From an uncultured Acidobacterium sp. (lineage in GTDB: Bacteria; Acidobacteriota; Terriglobia; Terriglobales; Acidobacteriaceae), in NCBI GenBank assembly GCA_964535525.1, contig CAZHTJ010000001.1, positions 197,786-261,785 of the forward strand: 64,000 nucleotides of DNA, in the 5' to 3' direction. Below the pieces are notes generated by a model. The model had not been told where the DNA came from. It ran no database searches and saw nothing but the letters and a program-made list of their open reading frames with translations. The number at the start of each line of letters is the position of its first letter. The first letter of the stretch is position 1. Shown one piece after another: positions 19,891 through 27,152 of this stretch. A program made the translations under genes and the position numbers.

Positions 19891-19925
19891 CTCTAAACTC
19901 CAATCCCTAAACTCTGCCCTTTCAC
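19891..19925. repeat. Heptad tandem array at the truB stop
   Basis: ctctaaa ctccaat ccctaaa ctctgcc ctttcac. Confidence 0.7.
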
Positions 19926-20797
19926 ACCAGCACCACGAACGGCTGAAACAAAGTCCCCGCCACCCGCCGCCCCACCGCCACCAGCTCCCGCTGCCCCTCG
20001 AAAATCTTCACCAGCGCCGCGCCCGAATACTCCGGCAGATTCACCTGCATCCCGTTCCGAATCCTCCCCACCGTTTGCTCGTCTGCCGTCACCGCCGGCA
20101 TTTCCGGCAATATCGTCCGAGGATGGGGCATCCGCTCCTCCAGCTTCCCTTCCGCAGCCAATGCCTCCATCGTATCCACCGTCAGCGCCGCATCCAGAGT
20201 GAACGGCCCCGCCGCCGTCCTCCGCAAACTCGCCAAATGCGCACCACACCCCATCGCCTGCCCCATCGCATGCGCAATCGCCCTCACATACCCGCCTGCC
20301 GAAATCCGCATCGCGAACCGCGCCGTATCGCCCTCGATGCCCTCGATCGCAAACGCATCCACTGTGATCTTCACCGCCTTCAGCTCCGGCGTCTTCCCCG
20401 CTCGCGCCAGCTTGTACGCCGGTTTCCCTTCGATCTTCTTCGCGGAATACGGCGGCGGCATCTGCTCAATCTCACCTAAAAACTTCGCCGCCTCCGCGCG
20501 CACCGCCTCTGCCGTCAGCACCACCGACCGAGCCTCGCCAACGCACTGCCCCTCCGCATCATACGTATCCGTCGCGAACCCAAAACGGATCGTCCCCGCG
20601 TACGCCTTTTCGCTGGTCGAGAAAAACTGTGCCAGCCGCGTGAACTTACCCAGCAGCAGCGGCAGCACGCCCGTCGCCATCGGATCGAGCGTCCCCAGAT
20701 GCCCCACCGAATCCTCGCCCGTCGCCCGTCGCACCCGCGTCACCACGTCATGCGACGTCATCCCGCCCGGCTTATCCAGAATCAGCAGCCCGTTCAC
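19922..20797 (-). CDS. truB: tRNA pseudouridine-55 synthase
   Basis: MNGLLILDKPGGMTSHDVV...GHLGTLDPMATGVLPLLLG (catalytic Asp motif). Confidence 0.9.
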   Translation of the reverse strand: MNGLLILDKPGGMTSHDVVTRVRRATGEDSVGHLGTLDPMATGVLPLLLGKFTRLAQFFSTSEKAYAGTIRFGFATDTYDAEGQCVGEARSVVLTAEAVRAEAAKFLGEIEQMPPPYSAKKIEGKPAYKLARAGKTPELKAVKITVDAFAIEGIEGDTARFAMRISAGGYVRAIAHAMGQAMGCGAHLASLRRTAAGPFTLDAALTVDTMEALAAEGKLEERMPHPRTILPEMPAVTADEQTVGRIRNGMQVNLPEYSGAALVKIFEGQRELVAVGRRVAGTLFQPFVVLV

Positions 20798-20930
20798 TCA
20801 ATTACGATACCGCGTCGGCGCACTACGGTTCGCGGGGTAAGATTATTGCGAAATCCGAACAAGAGGCAGAACGATAAATAAACATTACGTTGTTCTGAAA
20901 GAGCCAAGCGGAGAAATCGAGAAATTTCGA

Positions 20931-21537
20931 ATGAAGCCCTGGCTACGAGAGCATCCGGAGGAAATGCCAGAAGGTAGGGACGCAACCGAGCACACGGCCT
21001 ACCAACTTCGCCGAGCACTCCAAAAGAAGGGCTGGCGGCTGGAGATCCTTCCTGAAGAGACACGTATCACCCGACTCCAACGGCGATACGTCGCACGCCG
21101 AGGAACACCCTTCCGCCAATGCAAGTGACCAGGAACTGATAGAGGAAGAAGAAGCTGAAGAAGTAACGTTCGGTCTTGAACGCGACCTAGAGGATGCACT
21201 TCGAAAGAACATAACGCAGTTGGAAGCGGGACTAAAGGTTATCGATGGCGGGAAGGAACGTACCGTCGAAGCCGGTAGAATTGACATTACTGCGCGTGAC
21301 TCAAAGTCGCAACACGTAATTATTGAACTGAAAGCCGGCCTTGCAGGACCTGGCGTTGTAACTCAGGTGCTGGCATACATGGGCTGCATCTCTCAATCAG
21401 ACGGCAAGCCCGTGCGAGGAATCATCGTCGCTGGCGACTTCCATAAGAAGGTAATTCTCGCATCGCGTGCGATTCCGAACCTGGAGCTCAAAAAGTACTC
21501 ATTCCAATTCAGCTTCGGTGCTCCGGAGCCTCTATAG
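20931..21537 (+). pseudogene. NucS/DUF91-like PD-(D/E)xK endonuclease-domain protein, apparently frameshifted
   Basis: N-terminal ORF 20931-21128 (MKPWLREHPEE...GWRLEILPEE). The C-terminal part is in another frame that is open from upstream (...DSNGDTSH...EVTFGLERDLEDAL...GRIDITARD...VIIELKAG). The frames join near 21060-21075. Confidence 0.6.
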
Positions 21538-21554
21538 CGCCGCTGGCCCACGTT

Positions 21555-21596
21555 CTCTAATCCCTAAGCCCTAAACTCTAATCCCTGTTCCATCCC
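21555..21596. repeat. Heptad tandem array between convergent genes, with stop codons in all frames on both strands
   Basis: ctctaat ccctaag ccctaaa ctctaat ccctgtt. TAA on the plus strand at 21558/21565/21572/21579. TAG on the minus strand at 7-nt spacing, one of which is the folE stop (21571-21573). Confidence 0.85.
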
Positions 21597-22218
21597 GAAT
21601 CAGCGACAGAAACTCCGTCCGCGTATTCTGCTTCTGGAAAACCCCCAACATTGCCGAAGTCACCGTCGACGAATTCTGCTTCTCCACGCCCCGCATCATC
21701 ATGCACAGGTGCCGCGCCTCGATCACCACTCCCACGCCCTGCGGGTGGATCGCCTCCTGAATCGCCTCCGCAATCTGCCGCGTCAGCCGCTCCTGCACCT
21801 GCAGCCGCCGCGCGAACACGTCCACCAGCCGCGGAGCCTTGCTCAGCCCAATCACTTTCCCGTCCGGAATATAGGCGACATGCACCTTGCCGAAAAACGG
21901 CAACATGTGGTGCTCGCACAGCGAGTACATCTCGATGTCCTTCACGATCACCATCTCGTCGTACGCTACGTCGAACAGTGCCCCGTGCAGCACATCCTTC
22001 GGATCCTCGTGGTATCCCCTGGTCAGAAACTCCAGCGTCTTCTCGACGCGTTCCGGCGTCTTTTCCAGACCCTCCCGCGTGGGATCGCTATCGTAGCGCC
22101 GAATAATCTCCCGATACATATCCCGCGTTGTTACGTTTTCCAGACCCGTTCGCCCGATCACCTCGGCGTCCAGCCTCTCACCATTCCCATTCACGGTCGT
22201 TCTTGCCATCTTCAGCAC
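21571..22218 (-). CDS. folE: GTP cyclohydrolase I
   Basis: Canonical FolE motifs [36 protein letters not shown]. Confidence 0.9.
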   Translation of the reverse strand: MLKMARTTVNGNGERLDAEVIGRTGLENVTTRDMYREIIRRYDSDPTREGLEKTPERVEKTLEFLTRGYHEDPKDVLHGALFDVAYDEMVIVKDIEMYSLCEHHMLPFFGKVHVAYIPDGKVIGLSKAPRLVDVFARRLQVQERLTRQIAEAIQEAIHPQGVGVVIEARHLCMMMRGVEKQNSSTVTSAMLGVFQKQNTRTEFLSLIRDGTGIRV

Positions 22219-22267
22219 TCCCTGTCACGAACTCCTGATGCCCGCTCGCCGCATCCCTATCCACCCG

Positions 22268-22302
22268 CTACTGGCTACAGGCTACCGGCTACTGGCTGTA
22301 CT
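22268..22302. repeat. Heptad tandem array at the stop of the second PTPS gene
   Basis: ctactgg ctacagg ctaccgg ctactgg ctgtact. On the minus strand, TAG occurs 4x at 7-nt spacing. The first is the gene's stop (22289-22291). Confidence 0.85.
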
Positions 22303-22693
22303 CAAAAAAATTGTTCGACGTCTCCTCTACCCGTACTCCCAATGTGACCTTCTGCGGCAGCGCCTTCCGCAGCCTCTTCTGAATCTCCATCACCAGATTC
22401 TCCGTCGTCGGTACCACCTCGCGAAAGCACTCCAGTGTATTCAGATTCGTGTGATCGAACGGCTCCAGCACTTCCCTGTTCACGCAACCATCCAGTTGCG
22501 CAAGATCCATCACCATCCCCGTGGCCTCATCGATCTCGCCGCCCACAATCACTTCCACGGTGTAGTTGTGCCCGTGTCCATGTGGATTAGCGCACTTTCC
22601 ATACACATTCTGATTCTCCGCATCGCTCAGTGACTCGGAAAAAAGCCGATGCGACGCGCTCAGCCGATACCGCCGCCCCAAATGCGCGCGCAT
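22289..22693 (-). CDS. 6-pyruvoyl-/6-carboxy-tetrahydropterin synthase family protein (PTPS/QueD), copy 2
   Basis: SASHRL..., GKCANPHGHGHNYTVEV, TTENL: Zn-His triad and catalytic Cys context. Confidence 0.85.
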   Translation of the reverse strand: MRAHLGRRYRLSASHRLFSESLSDAENQNVYGKCANPHGHGHNYTVEVIVGGEIDEATGMVMDLAQLDGCVNREVLEPFDHTNLNTLECFREVVPTTENLVMEIQKRLRKALPQKVTLGVRVEETSNNFFEYSQ

Positions 22694-22695
22694 GA

Positions 22696-23109
22696 TCAGA
22701 AGTCCCCGTAGAAGTCCGCAAACAAAGCCGGCATCTCGTATACCCGCACCCGATGCAGCCGCGCTTTTCCCGGAATCTTACCGTCCAGCCTTCTCCAGAT
22801 CGCCGCCGCAATGTTTTCCGTCGTCGGCTGCGACGTTTTGAATTCCGGCGCCTCCAGATTCAAATGGCGATGATCGTACGCCGCCACCACTTCCCGCTCC
22901 ATCACGTCCTTCAGCTGCTTCAGATCCACAACAAAACCCGTGACCGAATCGACATCGCCCGCAATCGTCACCTCCAGCGTGTAATTGTGCCCGTGACCGT
23001 TACGATTGGCGCATTTCCCGAACACGCGCGCGTTCTCCTCCGCGCTCCACCGCTCGTTCCAGTAATAGTGCGAAGCCGAAAACTCCGCCTTTCTGGTTAA
23101 CAAGATCAT
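22696..23109 (-). CDS. 6-pyruvoyl-/6-carboxy-tetrahydropterin synthase family protein (PTPS/QueD), copy 1
   Basis: FSASHYY..., GKCANRNGHGHNYTLEV, TTENI. A 2-nt gap to copy 2. Confidence 0.85.
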   Translation of the reverse strand: MILLTRKAEFSASHYYWNERWSAEENARVFGKCANRNGHGHNYTLEVTIAGDVDSVTGFVVDLKQLKDVMEREVVAAYDHRHLNLEAPEFKTSQPTTENIAAAIWRRLDGKIPGKARLHRVRVYEMPALFADFYGDF

Positions 23110-23141
23110 CGCCTGTGCTCTTCCCTCGCCCTTTGCTCGCC

Positions 23142-24332
23142 TTACCGCTCGCCTTTCGCTCGCTTTTTCGCTGCACCCTGCACCCTATCCCCTACACCCT
23201 GACTTCGTCCCTTCCAGACTACCCGCTTCAGCACCGTCACGCGAAACCAGCTCCGCCACAGCAGCCATACGTACAGCGGAATCCCCACCGGAGCCAGCAC
23301 GCAATCCCTGAACGGAAATCCCGACTTCGCCACGCGCCCATACACCCCCCACAACGCCCGCACCCACACCAGCACCAGCGCCGCAGTCGCCATCGGCGTC
23401 CCAAGAACCCCGGTTGCCGCCCCGCGTCCCACTTCTCGCAGCCACCACAAAAACCAGATCAGCGCCGGCACCCCCACCAGCACGCCCAGCTGCAGCAATC
23501 GTATCCCCGCCAACATGGGAGCATTCCCAAACAGCAGCGCCAGGTTCTTCGTCCACCCCTCCACCATCGCGCCAAAGCTGCGATACATCCGCGCCGCAAC
23601 AGCCTCCGGAGCATTCCGGAATCTCAATCCGAGTTTCCGCCGTTTCACCAAAGACGCCAGCTCCACATCCTCCAGCACCGAACCCTTCACCGCCGCGTGT
23701 CCGCCTATCTTGTCGTACACATCGCGCAGCACCAGCAGAAACTGCCCATTCGCCGCCGCCACCCGCGTCGTTGGATCGTTCACCTTCGCCGGCGCATACG
23801 TCACCGCCAGATCGGCAAACACCAGCGGCATCAGCGCTCGCTGCGCCAGACCCCGCACAATCTGCCGCGGCGAGTACGACAGCATTCCCACCTCATGCCG
23901 CTCCGCCTCAATGATCGCCAGCCGCAAAGTGTTCGACGCCCCCATCACCCCACCTACCAGCACCGCAGGACCATGCGCCCGGGCCCCCCGCACGCCCCAT
24001 TTTGGCGTGATGGAACCGTGAACCGTATCCGCATCCGTAAACAGCAGCCACTTCCCCCGAGCCCTCTGCGCGCCCGCCCAGCAAGCATTCGCCTTCCCCG
24101 TCCACCCCTTCTCCAGCCTCGGAGCATCCATCACCGTCACAGCCGCGAAACCCGCCGCAATCTCCCGCGTCCGGTCCGTCGACGCATCGTTGACGACCAA
24201 AATCTCCCACTCTGCACCGAGCCGCCACCCGTCCTCCTCCTGCGCCACCAGCGAGCGCAAACACTCCCCCACACAATCTTCCTCATTGCGCGCGGGAATA
24301 ATCACGGAAAGAATCGGCGGCAGGGCGTCCAC
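23142..24332 (-). CDS. Membrane-anchored family-2 glycosyltransferase
   Basis: VIIPARNEE...VVNDASTDRT...FTDADT GT-A motifs plus C-terminal TM helices. First gene of the GT2-PTPS-PTPS-folE string. Confidence 0.8.
   Translation of the reverse strand: MDALPPILSVIIPARNEEDCVGECLRSLVAQEEDGWRLGAEWEILVVNDASTDRTREIAAGFAAVTVMDAPRLEKGWTGKANACWAGAQRARGKWLLFTDADTVHGSITPKWGVRGARAHGPAVLVGGVMGASNTLRLAIIEAERHEVGMLSYSPRQIVRGLAQRALMPLVFADLAVTYAPAKVNDPTTRVAAANGQFLLVLRDVYDKIGGHAAVKGSVLEDVELASLVKRRKLGLRFRNAPEAVAARMYRSFGAMVEGWTKNLALLFGNAPMLAGIRLLQLGVLVGVPALIWFLWWLREVGRGAATGVLGTPMATAALVLVWVRALWGVYGRVAKSGFPFRDCVLAPVGIPLYVWLLWRSWFRVTVLKRVVWKGRSQGVGDRVQGAAKKRAKGER
23171..23205. repeat. Heptad tandem array inside the 3' end of the GT2 gene
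   Basis: ctgcacc ctgcacc ctatccc ctacacc ctgactt. It shares the CTGCACC unit with 38031-38058. Confidence 0.7.
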
Positions 24333-24357
24333 AGTAGCTGCACCTTATTATAGGAAC

Positions 24358-24894
24358 GTGCTCGCATCACCCAGCCGTCAGCGCCTGTCCGCTATCCGCT
24401 ATCCGCTATCCGCTGTGTCTGTGCTCTGTGCTCTGTGCTGTGTGCTCTGCTCCACAGGCTGCGACCGCACCACCCACCCCGCCCAGGTTGGCGAACGCGC
24501 GCCCGCCATCGTCATCCGCGACGGTAGTCAAACCGTCAGCCTCAAACAGTACCAGGGCAAAGTCGTCGTACTCAATTTCTGGGCCAGCTGGTGCGTTTAC
24601 TGTGCCGCCGAGTGGCCTTCCCTGGAGCAGCTTCAGCAGCAGGTACCCAACGTCGTCGTCGTCGCCGTCGCCTTCGACACCCAGCCCGCCGACTACCGCC
24701 AGTACCTCACCGACAACAATCTTCACAACATGACCGTCGTCAACGACACCACCAACCAGTCCAGCAACGCCTTCGACACCACACGCCCGCCGGAAACTTA
24801 CATCATCGACACCCACGGCGTCATCCGCCGCAAATTCATCGGCGCCCAGGACTGGACCACACCCGAGATCATCAACTACCTGCGCAATCTCTGA
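24358..24894 (+). CDS. TlpA-like thiol:disulfide oxidoreductase (redoxin), probable lipoprotein
   Basis: VVLNFWASWCVYCAAEWP (CxxC) with lipobox-like LCSTGC. The start is uncertain: GTG 24358, or GTG 24415/24421 within the heptad array. Confidence 0.75.
   Translation: MLASPSRQRLSAIRYPLSAVSVLCALCCVLCSTGCDRTTHPAQVGERAPAIVIRDGSQTVSLKQYQGKVVVLNFWASWCVYCAAEWPSLEQLQQQVPNVVVVAVAFDTQPADYRQYLTDNNLHNMTVVNDTTNQSSNAFDTTRPPETYIIDTHGVIRRKFIGAQDWTTPEIINYLRNL
24387..24455. repeat. Two abutting heptad arrays (GTCCGCT/ATCCGCT x4, then GTGCTCT x4-5)
   Basis: gtccgct atccgct atccgct atccgct gtgtct gtgctct gtgctct gtgctgt gtgctct gctccac. The first unit type recurs at 39275-39302. Confidence 0.85.
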
Positions 24895-24897
24895 TCC

Positions 24898-25560
24898 ATG
24901 TCCTCCACTCCGCCGAAGCTCAACATCAAACCCGAGCCCCGCTGGCCCGCCCTGGTCGCACTCCTCGCCGTCGGAGGCCTCCGCCTCGCGCTCCCCGAAT
25001 CCCTCTCCGTTGGCCCCGACTGGCTCCTGCTTGCCGTCATCGGCGTGCTCGCCGTTCCCTCCGTCGCGGCCCACCAGCGCGGCCTCAACGCCCTCAACCG
25101 AATCCTCGGCATCCTCATGGGCTCCATCGTCACCCTCGACATGATCTGGTCCCTCGGCCTGCTCATCGCGGCACTCCCCAAACACACGCAATCCCCCGTC
25201 GCCCTGCTCGAATCCGCCGGCGCCCTCTGGCTCACCAACATCCTCGTCTTCGCCTCCTGGTACTGGCGTCTCGACGGCGGCGGCCCCGCGGCCCGCGAAC
25301 TGCGCGGCGTCCACACCGACGGCGCCTTCCTCTTCCCGCAAATGACCCTCACTCCGGAGACCAGACGCTCCATGGGCGAAGACACCTGGAACCCCGGCTT
25401 CATCGACTATCTCTTCCTCGCCTTCAACACCTCCACCGCCTTCTCCCCTACCGACGTACCGGTCTTATCGCGCTGGGCCAAAGTCCTCATGATGATCCAG
25501 TCCCTCATCTCGCTGGCCACCATCGCCCTGTTAGCCGCCCGCGCCGTCAATATCCTCTAG
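24898..25560 (+). CDS. DUF1345-family membrane protein
   Basis: Multi-TM protein with WYWRLDGGGP...FLFPQM...DYLFLAFNTSTAFSPTD, which matches my recollection of DUF1345. Confidence 0.7.
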   Translation: MSSTPPKLNIKPEPRWPALVALLAVGGLRLALPESLSVGPDWLLLAVIGVLAVPSVAAHQRGLNALNRILGILMGSIVTLDMIWSLGLLIAALPKHTQSPVALLESAGALWLTNILVFASWYWRLDGGGPAARELRGVHTDGAFLFPQMTLTPETRRSMGEDTWNPGFIDYLFLAFNTSTAFSPTDVPVLSRWAKVLMMIQSLISLATIALLAARAVNIL

Positions 25561-25590
25561 ATTGGCGTTTCGCAAGTCTCTATACCAATT

Positions 25591-25770
25591 TGTCATCCCG
25601 ACCGGAGCGCAGCGAAGCGAAGGGACCTGCTTTTTGTCATCCCGACCGCAGCGCAGCGAAGCGAAGGGACCTGCTTTTTGTCATCCCGACCGGAGCGCAG
25701 CGAAGCGGGGGGACCTGCTTTTGTTTGTCATCCCGACCGGAGCGCAGCGAAGCGGAGGGACCTGCTTTTT
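25591..25770. repeat. Four tandem 44-47-bp units GTCATCCCGACCGGAGCGCAGCGAAGCG(A/G)AGGGACCTGCTTTTT
   Basis: Units start at 25591/25592, 25636, 25680 and 25727, with a truncated fifth at 25771. A single copy with a similar left flank lies at 26989-27031. Confidence 0.9.
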
Positions 25771-25848
25771 GTCATACCGGCAAGAGATTTCAGAAACGCC
25801 ACACCAGCCTGGTGTGTTGCCCCAAAATCTCACTTCATATTTACCGCG

Positions 25849-25905
25849 GTCATCCTGAGCAAGTTTGGCCGAGAATTCGGCCAAACTCAGGCGAAGGATC
25901 TGCGG
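25849..25905. repeat. REP/MITE-like element (GTCATCCTGAGCAAG - hairpin - GCGAAGGATCTGCGG)
   Basis: Same termini as 18396-18453, but the internal hairpin is tttggccg/cggccaaa. Confidence 0.7.
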
Positions 25906-25973
25906 TTGCTTGTTGCGAGTTGTGTCACGAACCTCCAGGACACCACACTGGAGAAACGCAACGGTGCCCGCGC

Positions 25974-26936
25974 TCACTTCCCCTGCATGAACCCCCGCAC
26001 TAACTCCGCCATCTCGTCGGCCTTCGTATCCAGCGCGAAGTGTCCCGCATCCAGCACGTGGACCTCCGCCTTCGGCACATCCTTGCGATAACGTTCCGGC
26101 TCCCCCGAGTCAAACGACAAATCATGCTTTCCCCAAAGCACCAACAGCCGCGGCTGCGTCTTCTGCATCCATGCCTGCCACTTAGGATAGTTACCGACAT
26201 TCGTCCGGTAGTCGTAGAACAAGTCGCTCTGGATCTGCCCCTGACCCGGCGAGTTCAGAAATGCAAATTCATCGGTCCACAGATCCGGATCGTATAACTC
26301 CACATGCGGGTCGTCTCCAACATGCCGCGTCTTCGTCGCCGCCATCGACAACAAATTCTTGCGCAGCGCCTCGTCATTCTTCGCGCGATCTGCCCAGAAT
26401 GCGCGCCGTGTTACCCAGTTCACCCCCAGGCCTTCGTTGTGCGACACCGCATCCTGCACAATCAGCGCCTGCACCCGCTCCGGATGCGCCAGCGCCATGC
26501 GAAACCCAACCGGCCCGCCGTAATCCTGCATATAAAGCGTGTAGTGCTGCAACCCCAGCGCCTCGGTGAAGTCATTCATCACCACAGCAATGTGATCAAA
26601 GGTGTAATCGAACTGTTTCGGATCGGGCCAGTCGCTGTGCCCAAACCCCGGATAATCCGGTGCCACCAGGTGATAGCTGTCCGCAAGCCGCGTCAACAGC
26701 GGCTGAAACATCCTGGACGACGACGGCAAACCATGCAGCAACAAAATCGTCGGAGCCTCCTTCGGCCCCGCCTCTCGATAGAAGACCGACAGTCCGTCAA
26801 CCTGCACCGTGCGATAAAAGATAGGTTGCTGCATCGAAGCTTCCTTTCCGCCGCTTTGGGCCATCGCCGACACGCCCAACGCAATGCACAAAAACCGTGC
26901 GTGCCAAGTCAGCCGAAGCCATCGCAGAAGAGCCAT
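25974..26936 (-). CDS. Secreted alpha/beta hydrolase (epoxide hydrolase/haloalkane dehalogenase-like fold)
   Basis: ILLLHGLPSS, MQDYGGPVG (nucleophile elbow with Asp), C-terminal His context (LDAGHFAL). Signal-like N-terminus starting at MALLRWL. Confidence 0.8.
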   Translation of the reverse strand: MALLRWLRLTWHARFLCIALGVSAMAQSGGKEASMQQPIFYRTVQVDGLSVFYREAGPKEAPTILLLHGLPSSSRMFQPLLTRLADSYHLVAPDYPGFGHSDWPDPKQFDYTFDHIAVVMNDFTEALGLQHYTLYMQDYGGPVGFRMALAHPERVQALIVQDAVSHNEGLGVNWVTRRAFWADRAKNDEALRKNLLSMAATKTRHVGDDPHVELYDPDLWTDEFAFLNSPGQGQIQSDLFYDYRTNVGNYPKWQAWMQKTQPRLLVLWGKHDLSFDSGEPERYRKDVPKAEVHVLDAGHFALDTKADEMAELVRGFMQGK

Positions 26937-26988
26937 CGTCCCCCTCGCATCCCATAGTGTCGCGTTTCGCAAGGCTCTTGACCAGATT

Positions 26989-27031
26989 GTCATCCCGACC
27001 GGAGCGTAGCGGAGCGGAGGGACCTGCTTTT
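26989..27031. repeat. Solo copy of the GTCATCCCGACCGGAGCG...GGGACCTGCTTTT unit
   Basis: It includes the shared left flank GCGTTTCGCAAGnCTCT..ACCAnATT, as at 25563-25590. Confidence 0.8.
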
Positions 27032-27039
27032 AAAACTCC

Positions 27040-27152
27040 GGCTAACCGGCTTTTTAGCTAACCGGTCTTTAGCTAACCGCTTCTTAGCTAACCGCATCTT
27101 AGCTAACCGGTTCTTAGCTAACCGGTTTTTAGCTAACCAGCTCTTAGCTAAC
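27040..27152. repeat. Eight tandem 15-16-bp units built on the palindrome TTAGCTAA
   Basis: (t)tagctaaccNNNNc(t)t x8. The last unit supplies the TAA stop of the alcohol dehydrogenase gene. Confidence 0.9.

Noticed and set aside
23930-24010. A ~25-residue insertion (ITPKWGVRGARAHGPAVLVGGVMGA) in the GT2 catalytic domain as a possible mobile insert.
   Set aside because: It is in frame with no repeats or target duplications at its edges. It is most simply a lineage-specific surface loop. It cannot be evaluated without an alignment.
25591-25770. Possible CRISPR array.
   Set aside because: The units abut head-to-tail with no unique spacers, there are no cas genes in the window, and the same unit occurs singly elsewhere. 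It is a tandem repeat, not a CRISPR array.
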